Source: Phyllosticta citribraziliensis
Lineage: Eukaryota
Direction of reading: 5' to 3'
Length of the DNA stretch: 64,000 nucleotides
Assembly (NCBI RefSeq): GCF_038025025.1
Contig: NW_027117345.1
Span: forward strand, 1,984,001 to 2,048,000
Part shown: piece by piece, positions 1-12,809 of the stretch
Layout of the letters: each line of letters starts with the position of its first letter
Numbering within the stretch: position 1 is the first letter of the stretch
Notes under the pieces: generated by a model
The model's database searches: none
The model's input: only the letters and a program-made list of their open reading frames with translations
Told to the model about the DNA's origin: nothing
Program-made: the position numbers and the translations under genes

Positions 1-1761
1 GTCATCTTATCCGCAATTGACCCCAGGAAAAAGTTGATGTCTTTCGGCGTGGCCGTGGGGTTCTGAGGATTTGCTGGAGGGCTGAGAAGCCAAGAAACGC
101 AGTCGACAAGATCCTTGCTATAACCTCGAGCCAAAAGGTCTAAAGCTTTGGGAGCGTTGACTGGACTGACTGTGTTGTTACCCGCTATCGTGACTACGAG
201 ACGTCCGAGTTGGCTCAAGTCTTCTTGCTGAAGCTCAGGCAGCGGACGAATCGTGTCAAAATGAACCAGATCGAGAATGGCACAGCTGTTGAGTCGTATC
301 CGATTCTTGGATGTGAGCAGGATTTTGGAAGGGTGTATCAGTCTCGCCGCCAAGTTGTGGCTGTGAATCGCTTTCAGCGCAGAGGCAATCTGAACAATGT
401 AGCTCCAGAGCACGGATTCAGAAACCGTTTGCGGGTTGGCTCTGCCATGAAAGCCCCTAGCAGTCTGCAAATGCTGTTCTGAAAGAGTCTTTGAAAGTGG
501 GTGATAGTCGGTCACGAAAATCAGCGAACTATCTCCAAAAGCCCGGGTGGTAAAGGCATCGTGAATGGCGACAATGCTTCCACTATCGACACGCTTCCAG
601 GGCCGAACGGAGAAGATGGCTTGTTCGCTGGTCAAACGGTATCCCTCCAGTCTACGAAGGGTATAGGTAAGACCATCTTTGCCCGAGACTGCCTTGTAGA
701 CCCAAGTGTGGTATCCAAAAAGGGTTGAATTCTTTTGATTGTTGGTGTCCAATGGTACCAGAGAATGAAAGTGATCGACGGCACTCGGGAGTGTCGAGTT
801 GGGGAGGATTTGGCGAGTGGCTTCTGACTTGCGCTGCAAGTCTTCGCGCAAATGATCAGGGATAAAAAAATCATGCGACGTTTTCTGATAACCCAGGAGG
901 TTCTCTGGATGGGGACCCATTGGCGCATATAGATGATATTGGATTGGCTGCGGGAAGCCGCCCACGGCGTTTTGGAAAAAGGCGGCGCCGCCCATTGTCG
1001 CCGCATCTTGGGTGTATGGATTCAACTGAGCCGCATGGTTTGCGGGACTCATGCCGCTCATGGCGGCAGGAGTGAAGTTGTCATATGGGTTGAGGGCCGC
1101 CGAAACGGCGCTTTCCCCCTAGAAGATGTTAGATCAGACCAGAGGTACATCGAGTCGAGCAGAAGGGAGAAACAAGTAGGCCATGATGGTGACCACGTCA
1201 AACAATTACGAGGCAGCAAACTGCCGTCTTTCCAAACGCGACCTGAAACCAAACGTACCTGAACGTCGAATCCCTGTGGCACAAACTCCTGAAACTCGTG
1301 CCCATGCCATTCGGGCGCGGGTTCTTTGGTATGGACAGGCGTGATTACGGTAGACTTGACATTGGATTTGGGAGTGAAGACGGCTGCATTGGCGGCCTTT
1401 GGAGATATGGTTGTAGCTCTCGGCGAGGATGCGGCGCCATTCGGGGCGGGTTGGAGGGGGGTGAAGGAGGGCGAGTCGACGTTGAAGCGCTTTTTGACGT
1501 TTTCGGATTGGGCAGACGCGATCTTGGACGGGTCGTGCTGGAAGACGCAGCCGTTGTGTTCGTGACGGCAGTGGCCATATATGGTGACGTTCCGACACAG
1601 TATGTTGCTTTTGGGGTTGTAGTCTGCGGGGCGACAGAGGTTAGCATGGGGTGGCAGCGATGGCGGACGTCGAGGCCATGATACCCACCGCGTCCCTTGT
1701 TTGGCCTGGGAGAAGCGACAGCCCGGCGGCTTTCACCCGGGCTTCCTCCAATTGCTGCCAT
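1..1761 (-). CDS. PAN3: PAN2-PAN3 deadenylation complex subunit PAN3 (3' part outside window)
   Basis: ATG 1761 (MAAIGGSPGESRRAVASPRPNKGR); intron 1624-1688 (GTGGGT..GCTAAC..CAG); CCCH finger LCRNVTIYGHCRHEHNGCVFQH; PAM2-like KKRFNVDSPSFTP; second intron about 1118-1258; conserved YHLYAPMGPH..LLGYQKTSHDFFIPDHLREDLQRKSEAT, then pseudokinase region running off position 1. Confidence 0.93.
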
Positions 1762-2314
1762 CAGCGCTGAGAAGCTTCATGCAGCATGGTCAGCGGGCGT
1801 CGCGGGGAAGGCTAGGCGCGGAGGAGGGCGGCCGTGATGTCGCGGGTGCTGGGGCCGCCTGAGTCGGCGGTCGAGGTTTCGGAGCGGAGCAGCTGGAGAC
1901 GGCGTCGAGGAGGAGGAGGCGGCGGGGCGGACGAACAAAGCCCATCCATCAGGGGAGAGACGACAGCGTGCAGCAGAGCAGAGAAGAGCAGAGCAGAGGT
2001 AACGTCGATAGCTTTCAGCTGGAGCTGGAGCGGGAGCGGGCGACGACAAGCAGCTCCCGTCGGGACTTGGGACCTGCCCTGCCCTGGACCGGAGACTCGA
2101 CCACGGGCGGCCACCACTTACATGTAGCTTGCAACGCCGCCGCCCACGCCTGCGCTGCGTCATTGCCGACCAAACACCTACCCGACCCGACCTCACTGTA
2201 TCTCGCGACGCCCATCTTCAACCATCGCTAACATCCGCTTCTCGACGTCCTCCAGGCCGACCTGCGCCACTCTGCCTCCCGGCACCCCTCTCCAGCTGCC
2301 GCCGGGCTTGCGCC

Positions 2315-3908
2315 ATGACTTCGTCTGCCGACCCCGTCGACATTGGCCAGCTATCCGACGACCAGCAAACGGCCCTCCAGCAATTCACCGCCGTCACCGA
2401 CCAGTCGGTCGAAACCGCAGTCCCCTTGCTGCAGAGATGCCAGTGGAACGTCCAAGTCTGCCTCCCCCATCGTTGCTCCATCTCGGCCTTGTTCTAACCC
2501 ACTAAAGATTGCCATATCGAGGCATTTCGACGGTGAGCCCGCTGAGCCCGCGATACCAGAGGAACCGGTCCCCGTCCCCCAGGACACCCGCCGGAGAGAA
2601 ACCCTGGCAAACGGCTTTGGCCGCTCAACTGCCATCGGCCGCCGCAATCTGGAGCCCGCGCCGCGCGTCGTCCCCCAGCCCGAGCATCAAGTTACACAGC
2701 AAGCTCCATTGATACTGTCCCTGGCTCTCTTCCCCTTTCGATTCGCCTACAACATTATATCCAAGCTCTTCAATTTCTTCTCCTACCTATTCCCGTTCCT
2801 CCCCCGCCTCATCGGGACGCGGACTGCTCCGACCGCACGCCGGAGAGACACGAGTGGGCGGCGGCCCTTAAATCCGCGAGACACGGCTGCGAGATTCATC
2901 AGGGAGTTTGAGGAGGAGTATGGTGCCCACGAGATCCCTTTCTTCGAGGGAGGCTATGCGCAGGCATTCGATTTGGCAAAAAAGGAGCTCAAGTTTTTGC
3001 TGGTGGTATTGGTGTCTCCCGAGCACGACGACACCACATCCTTCGTCCGCGAGACACTGCTGTCTCCCGAGGTCGTAGCTTTCATAAAAAAACCCGCAAA
3101 CAACATGGTCGTCTGGGCGGGCAACGTACAAGATTCAGAGGCCTACCAGGTATCCAACGCGCTCAACTGCACGAAATTCCCGTTTGCAGCCCTCATCGTG
3201 CACACGCCGTCCGTCTCCTCCACGGCCATGTCCACGGTCGCACGCATAGTCGGCCCAACGCCACCAACGACCTTCATGTCGCGCCTCCAAACCGCCATGG
3301 CACAAAACTCGGAGCCCCTCAACCGGGCACGCGCCACTCGCGCCGAGCAACAAGCCGCGCGCAACATCCGCCAAGCACAAGACACGGCGTACGAGCGGTC
3401 ACTGGCACAAGACCGCGAGCGGGCGCGGCGGCGTCGCGAGGAAGAAGAGGCGCGGCGACGCGCAGAGCAAGAGGAGCGCGAGAAGCAAGAAGCCAAGGAG
3501 CGCGAGGCGCGCAACCTGGCGGCGTGGCGAGCATGGAGGGCGCGCTCCATCGCCAACGAGCCGGGACCAGACGTCAAGGACGCGGTGCGAATTAGTCTGC
3601 GCATGCCCTCGGGCGACCGCGTCGTGCGCCGCTTTGCCCCCGACGCCGACATGGAGGAGCTGTACGCGTTTGTCGAGTGCTACGATGTCCTGCAACAGCA
3701 GCAGGAGGCGTCGCTCGACGGCGCAGAGAAGCCCGAGGCGTACGCGCACGAGTACAAGTTCGTCCTGGTCTCACCCATGCCGCGCGAGGAGTTCGACCTG
3801 CACAAGGGCGGCTCCATCAAGCAGCGCATCGGGCGCAGCGGCAACCTGATTGTAGAGCGGACGGACTTGGATGACGACGAGGAAGAAGATGGAGACGCCG
3901 CCGAGTAG
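2315..3908 (+). CDS. UBX domain protein (UBA-like, UAS, coiled coil, UBX; FAF2/Ubx2-type Cdc48 cofactor)
   Basis: ATG 2315; UBA-like LQQFTAVTDQSVETAVPLLQRCQWNVQ; intron 2456-2507; hydrophobic segment LILSLALFPFRFAYNIISKLFNFFSYLFPF; UAS-like FFEGGYAQAFDLAKKELKFLLV; UBX VRISLRMPSGDRVVRRF. Confidence 0.9.
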
Positions 3909-4712
3909 AGTGGCATGTTGGCGCTGCCGGCTTTTGCTGTACCTTGTCTGTCTGTTTGTTTAAACCTACATACCTTGCCTACCGTACCCACTTACCTACC
4001 TTACCTACGCTTCTCCTACTCTGCTTTTGTCGCAACCTCTTGGGTTAGGGTCGTCGGCGGAATAGCGTCGAGTCTGTCTGTCTGTCTGTCTGTCTGCAAA
4101 GGGAGGTGAGGAAGAAGAAGAAGAAGCCATGGGCGCAAGCATCGGGCAGGCGTTTTGTTTTCCCCGGAGTCAAAGGAATCGGCCCACCTTCTCGTTCAAC
4201 GGTCGTCGTCGTCATTATTGTCGTCATCGATCACAAGGAGCTGTCCGTGTCTGTTGTGCTTTGACCGGCACCTACCTCTTCTGGTTTCTAAATCACAGCG
4301 CTCCCCCTATCCTGAGGCGTCGTTGAACGCGGGCGCGAGAGCTGGAAAATGCCGAGGAAAATGGTAGTCTCTTTTTTTCTTGTTAATTTCGTGCTCTGGA
4401 CGGGCGCGGTGCTGAACAAAAGCCCCGCTCTCTACCTAACGGTACTTTGCCAAACTTCCATTTCCTCTCCCATCATCCGACGCTTGGATGCTGTCCGCCC
4501 CGTTTCATCGTGAAGTTGATTCATAGGCTCCCAGAAGAGGGAAAGCCATAGTAGTAGTAGTCGTCATAGCCCAGGTTGAAAAAGAGGGCCTCGCGCTAAA
4601 TGAACCCAAACCGTTTTGCAAAGAAACCCCCGATTTTTTGTGCTTGAATTTCTCATCAATGCGACTCCTCCGCACGCACCATTGACATGGCAGCGGGGCC
4701 ACGATGCCACGC

Positions 4713-6105
4713 TTAGGCAGACTTGCCCGGGTACGACTGCTTGGGGGAGGGGTACGAGGGGCCCAGCTCCTGGATGCTGAGCTTGGCGAGCCACTGGCCC
4801 ATGTCGATGGCAGTGTCAAAGTCCTTGCCCTCGACGATGCCAGCCAGGAAACCGCCGGCGAAGGCGTCGCCCGCGCCGTTGGTGTCGTTGATCTGGCTCT
4901 TGTCGATGGCGTGGACGGGGAACTCCTTGAGGTCGACGGAGCCGCCGTCCTTGGCGACGGCAACGACGGTCGGGTCGGTGCCCTGCGTGATGATGACGGT
5001 GCGCGGGCGCGCCGTGTTCTTCTTGGGAAGCTTGGCCATGGCCGTCGCGATGGTGGGGATGTCCTCCGTGTTGAGGTCGTGCGCCGCCGCCCACGCCCGC
5101 GCTTCCGTCTCGTTGCCAATCACGTAGTCCCAGTACGGCGCGGTGCTGTCGAGCTGCTCCTTGAAGAATTGCGGGATAAAGGGGGCGGAGAGGGAGAGGG
5201 CGAAGATCTGGCGCTCGTTAGCTCGTCTGTCTGCTATCCTCACAGAGTCGGTCTGGAGAAACTCGCCTTGTTCTTCGCGGCCGCCTCTTCCGCCAGCGCC
5301 AGAATGGCCGGCACGCACACGGTCAAGTGGTAGCCGCCGACGTAGAAGACCTTGGCGTTCTCAACGAGCTTCCAGATCTCGGGCTGCTTCAAGTGGTCGA
5401 GCTTGTAGCAGTTGGCAGCGGCAAGGTCGGTGCACAAGCTGCGGTTGTTGCCGGTGATGACCACGCCGCAGCGGCCGGTGGGCTGCTCCTCGTCGACGCG
5501 GTACTCGACGCGGAGACCGGCCTTCTTGACGGCATCCCTCAGAATGTCGGCGTACTTGTCCTTGCCAACGCATCCAATGTAGACGGTCGTGTTGGGGGGG
5601 AGGATGTACTGTGAACGCAGTCGTGTTAGAGAACCACCCGAAGACTAAAAAGTCGCCGATGACGGTCGAGATGCGTACCTGAGCACCTCTGGCGCTGTTC
5701 TGAGCGGCACCAGCAGCGATGAGCTTAGCATCGTAGTTGTTCAGCAGCTCCTCGCAGATACCCAAGTGCTTCTCCTCGGCGAGGATGGCGTCGTTGGCCT
5801 TGAGACCGTACTTATTGAGCAGAGCCTCGTCTCTGTTTTGTTTTAGCCATTGTCCAGCCGATTCATGGTTTGATGTCTTACCCGACAGCCTGAATGTCGA
5901 GGAGAGGGTTCTCGAGGCAGAGGAGCTCGTAGTTTCCGGTGGAGGACATGGTTGCGTGTAGGCGGGTATGATGCGGGATACTGGAGGTGGTGGGGTTGAG
6001 AAAACGGAAGCGTGGAGGGGTTACTCGCCGCAGAGTCAGTGCGCTAGGTCGAGCTACCGGCGCTAGTCGACTTAGGCCCATGCGGAGCGGAATTGCCGAT
6101 GCCAT
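4713..6105 (-). CDS. ADO1: Adenosine kinase (PfkB family); conserved start 5949, in-frame upstream ATGs at 6105 and 6123
   Basis: YELLCLENPLLDIQ N-terminus, AAGAAQNSARGAQ, PfkB signature DTNGAGDAFAGGF; three introns, one of them GC-AG at 5208-5266. Confidence 0.93.
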
Positions 6106-6682
6106 GATGGTGCTGTAGGTCATTCAGGCCTTCAAAAACGATGTTTTCGTCTTTAATCGAGTCACTGTGAGACTGGCATTGCAGCTGTTCAAGATGTTGT
6201 TCCTCGCAGACAGAAGTCACCCCACAGGCTCGTGACTGCCTTTGCAACACTCGGCTCAGGAGACACATCAAACCACGAGGTCCAAAAACGACTCTCAATT
6301 CAGCAGATAGCCTAATGATTGTAAGAGCCCGAGACCGGGCAAAGCATTCCAAATCACAATTTCAATCTGTTCATCTTCCTCCATCTCCAACTGGCGCGAC
6401 TGTTCCTCCTTGCAATATCCCAAATCGGGCCCAAAGGTATGAACGACGGCCTCTCACAGGTACTCTGCTGCAACGGCGAGCATTTTGGCGCTAGCGTTGG
6501 CGGTGCTGAAGTCTTGCAGCGAATGCCAATTAAGCCGAGAAAACTCGATAGGGGCGCGGATCCCTCCATTGCAGACCTCGGGATCCATCGAACTGGCGCG
6601 GAATCCACATCGTCCGTGGGCAGAAGACCGGCGGAGAAGGCTTTGAATAATCGGTTGTAGGCTTGCCAGCCAATCTTCCGCA

Positions 6683-9452
6683 TCAACCGCCTTGGCCGTT
6701 GGGAGGTGTGTCGACGTAGGAGCCACGGTGGCGGCTCGCACTCCAGCCAGCACCATCAGCGCCCCAGGCGCCTTGACCGAAGGCCATGGGGCCTCTCATT
6801 TCGTGAGAAGCTTGAAGCTGCTGTCCGACAAGGTGACCACTGGCTGCATTGCCAATGTTTCCGTAAACCTGAGAGATCCCTGGAAGAGTCACGTCATAGG
6901 AAGAACTGGTCCCATGAGGTGGAGAGCTTTTGCGAACTTGACCATTGGGCATGGAGCTCCAGGACGCGTTCAAAGACCCATTCCTCGAGTGCCCAGCGCT
7001 GGAACCGACATTCAGACCAGGAGGTACAGCTGGGGTGTTGTGTGACGTCATGGAATAGTTCTTATTCCAGATCCCAGAATGATCGGGCAAAGAAGGCAAC
7101 GACGGGAAGTGCTGGACAGCTGGGGAAGCTGTCGAGTTGCGATGCATACGGTCCGGTGTGCAAGACGCTTGGCTATAATTTCTAACCATGTTGACATAGT
7201 CTGTGGCAGTCAGAGGAGTGATGCCGTAGGATCCATCGTTGATGAGCGCTGTATCTTCAAAAGTCTGCTCCGGGGGCGTTGGCGGGATATTTTCGTCCTC
7301 TTCGGGCAGAGGCTCCAATCCGTCCTCGGGACCGAGCAAGTCGTCGACCATTCGATTCATTGCAGCATCCTTGGACATGGCATTGGAGGCAGTCTCGGAG
7401 GGAGCCGCGTGAGAAGCTTGATCGTCATTTACTGGTCCGGCACCTCTTGGAATATCGATTTGAGGGGATTCGATTGGCACAGCCGTCTCTGCATTGTTCG
7501 ATGGGCTAGCCAAGAGCTGCGATGGGATACCGTCTTCCTGGTACACAAAGCGTAGGCAGTCCAAAACGATTGGCGACTCCTAAGTCGAAGTTAGAGGGGG
7601 TTTTCAGGTTTTGCACGGCTCTTACCTTGTCCTGCACAAGCTCGAGGCCGTCGACCAACAAGTCACGAATGCGCATGAGCATTTCATCATTCGGATGGTT
7701 CCTCTTGACGTCTTCATCCGACCACTTGGCTTTGGGCGCAGACCCGTCAAACCAACGCCTTTTGGTATTGTCGGCGAGCAGGGGCTGAAATCCAAGCGTC
7801 TCCACATCTTCCTCCAGCAAGTATTGCTCCATTGGCAAAAGCGAAACATGGAACGCAGAGGCAAGAAGCGTCAAGGTTTCGGCGTAGGCCTTCCACAATT
7901 CTTGGGCGTCGACCTTGGAATGCGCGGAACCCTCGAGGTCGGCAGAGAGGACACTCCAGTTCTTCATGAACCAGGTGCTGTAAAGACGAATTCCGGGAAG
8001 GACACGTCGAGCAACCGCCGTGACCTTTTCTGACAGTGGCTGAGAGTCGGATCCATCAAAGTCTTCGCCCGTCAAACGTTCGAGTTCGGCTTGAAGTATT
8101 TGCAGGAGAATATTGAAGGTTTTGATGTTGAAACGGAGGAAGAAAAAGTAAGCTCGGATGCGCTCGCGAGTGGTTTCCCCGGCTGCTACTGATTAGCGGG
8201 CATCCTCCTAATATGTCTACAACATACCTTGAAGCTTGACAAATGCGTAATACTCAGCAGCCGTGTTGACGAGCACAAACTTTTGAAGAAGACCTTCCAA
8301 AGAGCGCTCTTTGAGTTCCACTGCCAGTTGACTCAAGACCTCGTTTTCAAGTTCGTCGTGCCCGGCAAAGTCTTCTCCACGATAGCATTTGCTGTGCAGG
8401 CGGACAAACCAAGCCTTGAGAGCTCGGTACGCCCCGTTTCCCTGCCCACTCGTCTGTCTTCCAATGAGCTCACCCCTATCCCAAGCGGTAATGACCTTTT
8501 TGAATTCCAATTCTAAATTGCCCTTGGCCATGGGATGGGGCTCCTTCGCCGCAAGAGACCGGTATAGGTTATACACAGCCCGGAAATGGTCCCCATCCGC
8601 AAGCGCTACCACGGCCAGCTGATTGTGGGATATGCCAGAGTCGGGGTTGATTTTGAAAGCCAAGCTGTAGTATCCAATTGCGTAGCTCCAGTTGCGCTGG
8701 GATTCGCTTCGCTGGAGTTCGCGGTAGCGCGAGAGATCGCCGAGCTGGATGACGGCCTGGTATATGGACGGTCTAATCAGTGCTTGTAATTCGGGGGAAA
8801 GCGCTTGAGTCGGTTCGGCTTGCGGCACTTTTTTCAGTCAGCTTCGCAAGGGCATTGGCCGGAGGAAAACACACAATCGCTCTTCCACTTCTTCGCGAGC
8901 TCACGGAGCTCCGGTGTTCCGCCAAAAGCTTTGTCCAGGTAGAGAATGTATTGCCGGTAGAAGCGCTGGCTGGACTTGATGAATTCGAGATATTGTTTTT
9001 GTACAATGCGCGTCTCGACAGCCTTGGTGCGGCCGTCTTTGTTCAGCTAGGGTAGGCCTGTAAGCTGTTCTGCCCCAAGAACAAGTCGTCCGCATCCCCA
9101 CACATACCACACTCAGTTGTTTTCTGAAATACGTATTGACTTTGCCGTGAGCATCCCACAAGTGGGGCTCGACATGGTGTTCAAAGGCATGTCCAAAATC
9201 GGCATGGACAATCCTTTCGCACTCGTTGCGGTATCTGGCAAATATTAGCGGGAGCGGGAGCGGGAGCGGCGGCAAGGTCGAGCTCACTCTTGAAGGAGAG
9301 ACAAGATGGCAGCGTTGGCGGCACGCTGGTCGGTGGACTTTGATTTGAGCTGCTGCTCAAGTTTGCGAGCGAGCCTGTGCATGTTAGCGATGCGGGCGGC
9401 GGCATGAAAAGATTGGGGCGCACTTTTCAGCTGGCTCGGCGGAGATGGCCAT
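6683..9452 (-). CDS. Est1/SMG5-7-like TPR (14-3-3-like) RNA/DNA-binding protein
   Basis: QLGDLSRYRE..WSYAIGYYSLAFKINPDSGISHNQLAVVAL..RAVYNLYRSL matches the EST1 DNA/RNA-binding domain; about six introns; probable first exon MAISAEPAEK (ATG 9452, less certain); low-complexity C-terminus ending PPNGQGG. Confidence 0.82.
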
Positions 9453-9922
9453 GGGGAGGGATTGTATGAAGGTTCATACAAGGCCAGGCCGGGTCAGATT
9501 TCAAATGGAGCGGGCTGCGGGCTGGCTGCGGTGTCGTCGCGATCCATGGAAGGCGGCCGTTTTCCCCAACAGAAGAGCGCCAGGCGGAGCGGCGGATACG
9601 AAGGGAGGAGTCGGACGGCGGGCTGGTCGGACAGAGAACCAGCAGCGGCAACGAGGTGAGAGGTGGGAGAGGCCCGCGTTGCGGATGAGGTGAAAGCGGA
9701 CGCTGAGCAAGCCCAGGGCACTCGAGACGCACGATCCACTCCCTCAACGGCACCGCCACCGGACGGCACGCGTGCGCCACCACATCCAGAGCCTTGGGTT
9801 CCTACCACAGTGCTACCTACCGTACAGCTCGACCTTGCACCAACACAACAACATAATCCAACGTCGACCCTCTGGATTCCTACTACCAGACGACCTCGAG
9901 TAAATCTCTCTTCGTCGTCATC

Positions 9923-10929
9923 ATGGCAAAACGCTCACGAGCAGAATCTGCGTCGCCCACTCCAGAAGCCAACGACGACGCCCCCAGCCCATCGGCCGCC
10001 GTCAAATATGTCCACGTCGACGATTCTGTCGAGGCTCCCGCCGTCATTAGCTGCTCTCTTCCGGCGCATCCCCTGCTCAGCTTCGCCTCTTATGCGGACT
10101 ATGACGTCCACTACCAAAAGTACCACGTGAACCGCTGCTCCGCCTGCCGCGTAAACTTTCCCTCGGACCAATTTCTCAACCTGCATTTCGACGAGTATCA
10201 CGATCCAATCAAGCAAGCTTCTCGGGAACGGGGAGACAAGATTGTGAGTTGAAGCTTGCCCCACAAAAAGACGCACCGCTGACTGAGCAGTTTGCATGCT
10301 TTTTCGAAGGGTGTGACGTTATGTGCAAGACCCCCAAGATGCGGCGAGAGCACATGGTCGCCAAACACGCTTATCCAAAGAACTACAACTTTACCGTTCT
10401 CAAGTATGGCATCGATGGACTCAATTCCATGCTTATCGAGAACAACCCGTCCAGATCCTCTCGTCCACATCGCGTAAAGGAGCAAAAGCCACCCAAACGG
10501 CATGCGGAGGTAGCGCCTGTCCCTAAGCGAATCGTCTTTGATGAAGATGGCAAGGCGCCTCAAGATTCGACAATGACGTCCAAAGCCGATCCCGAGCCAA
10601 TGGATGTCGGTGCCGACAACTCGGAGGCCATCCTTGACGTGCCCAACAACAAAAACGCGAATGACCTCAAAACGCCTTCCAAACTGCCAACTTCACAGCA
10701 TCAACCCGAGTCAAATGCGATGGATGTAGTTGAAAGTGAGGAGAGGGGTGGCGCTTCATCCGCGGCCAGCGCAGCCAACACTTCCAAGTCGACTCCTAAT
10801 TGCTCTAATCCGGATGAAACCATGGAGGATGTAACAAAATCTGTGGCAGCCCTCAGGTTCATCCCCCCGAGTGTTCGCTTTGGTCGCACCGGTCGTGGAA
10901 GAGGTAGAGGTGGCTTCGCCAAGTCTTGA
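9923..10929 (+). CDS. C2H2 zinc finger protein (ZNF511-like)
   Basis: CSACRVNFPSDQFLNLHFDEYHDP, intron 10244-10290, then FACFFEGCDVMCKTPKMRREHMVAKHAYPKNYNF; C-terminal PPSVRFGR..RGG tail. Confidence 0.85.
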
Positions 10930-11109
10930 GGGCTGTATCTGAGCAATCGGTCACGGAAAAAACAATCTCTGGCCGAACACTGGACTCATCGATGTAGAAG
11001 ATTTGATATGAATGTTTCACCAAGTCCGGTCATAAGAGCAACGCTACTCCACCTGTGAAGGCATAATCAGCATCACTTCGCAAGAAAGATGAGGGCTCGC
11101 ATACGGGTG

Positions 11110-12261
11110 TTAGAAGATCCCGTGGCAATCGAGTGACTCAGAAGCCACCCGGAGAACGATGCGCATGAGATTCTCATCATGCGCAATTTCTAAAGGGCTG
11201 TGCTTGTCGCCCCATTCAGGTGGCTCGTAGATTCCTCCGTAGAATTCTTCGAACTCACGGTGCGCTCCTTCCATTGTCTTCACGAAATTGACTCTAAGTG
11301 GAATCAAAGATTGCCGGACGTCGGCGGCGTTGTAAGTCGCTCTCAAAAAGAGAACCCAATTTTTGATGTTGTCAGACCACCACCAACTTGGCCCGTCCGG
11401 AGCGTGGTCGCATGCGGACATGGCACAAAGGAACGCGCAAAGCCTTGCGTCGTGTATGTTGCAGATAATTGGAAAAAGATCATTCCGCAACAATTCGCGG
11501 ACTATCTCCACGTTGTTGTTCAAGACTGCAATTTCAATCGGGTACCATGCAAGCAGACTTCTCTCGTTAGGGTCGGCGCCATTTTGTAACAGCGATCGGA
11601 CAAGCGAGAGGTCGCCAGCCGCGCAAGCAGCATGCAGAGGCGTCCCGAAGAATTCGCTCTTCATGTTTGATTGGAGCAGTATCAAGAGATGATCTTTGAC
11701 GTATTGCTCTTTCTTCAGGTAGATGGCGGCGATTGCGAGATGAAACTTCACATCTTTACATCGCTCTTCTGGCAGTTGATAAAAGGGGAAGTAGACGTCG
11801 CAGATTTGATGGAAAGTCTCGCCTGCCTGCTGATGAGCGATGTTGCAGAGCTGATAAGCGAGTTCGTAGCGGGTATATTTTGATTCGTTTCTCGGAGGCA
11901 ACCACTCGTCCAGACACAGCTTCAGGAACGATGCGAAAGTGTGGCGGGATTTTTGGTCTTCCGTTTCAGACAGGTGGCATAGGAAGCGAGAAACAAAGCG
12001 TGGGGACATCAGCTCCCAGAGACTGTAAGGTGCATCGCGCGGGCGCAGAATCTCGTGCATGCGGATCGCATCTAGCACTTCCCAACTGAAGGTTTCTACC
12101 AGCGGTATCCGTCAGGAGTCTATCGCAAGAGGGCAAATCCAGGGCACATTACTAGGGATCAATCTACAACGGAGCGCATTGTAGAGGCCATTGTCCGGTT
12201 CCAACACAATCTCTTCGACAATGTAGCGGACTATCTCAGTGGGGAGGTCAGTGAATGACAT
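11110..12261 (-). CDS. Ankyrin-repeat protein with N-terminal F-box-like motif
   Basis: ATG 12261 gives MSFTDLPTEIVRYIVEEIV; intron about 12096-12152 joins to ORF 11110-12078 with ankyrin repeats GTPLHAACAAGDLSLVRSLLQNGADPN and YPIEIAVLNNNVEIVRELL. Confidence 0.7.
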
Positions 12262-12809
12262 TCGTGTCGGTGGAGGCCAAGATTCCGGATATATCTAGCG
12301 TGAGTGGTGTTGATGATTGGGTGGGTGGAAAGGCTCGTTGGTGTCGTCCGGCGAAGCCGATCTGGGGCCGGCTGACTCATCCCGGGTTCCTGGTGCAGAT
12401 CTTCCGCGAGCATGTGTTCCTGGATTTCTTTTACGCAATCACTACCACGTCTTTCTTGGGTCACCTAACCGTCATGATGTCACCTCTCCCGCCTTCTTCG
12501 ACAAACTTTACTCCGCTAACAGCCTGTATCTGGCACGATCGAGCAGGCTGGCGATGCTCTGGATCCGCTACGCCTCAAGAGTCGGAACGAAAACAGTCGA
12601 AACTGCTCCAACAGGCCAGTCGCCTTCTCGAGCGAGAAGTCATGACAGATGGAGATCTCTCTTGGCTTGACACCGCCAGGTGGCCAGGGCAAGACCCTTA
12701 AGAACCCGGTCAGCTCTCTGCCCGGGCTTTTTCTCGCCTTTCTTGGGTCGTCCCTCGGTCATCCAAGCAGCACTCGTCCTGCCTGGGACAACACCTAAGA
12801 CGAGCCACA

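Noticed and set aside
4070..4125. (CTGT)n and (GAA)n runs
   Set aside because: Ordinary short microsatellites in a 3' UTR/intergenic region.
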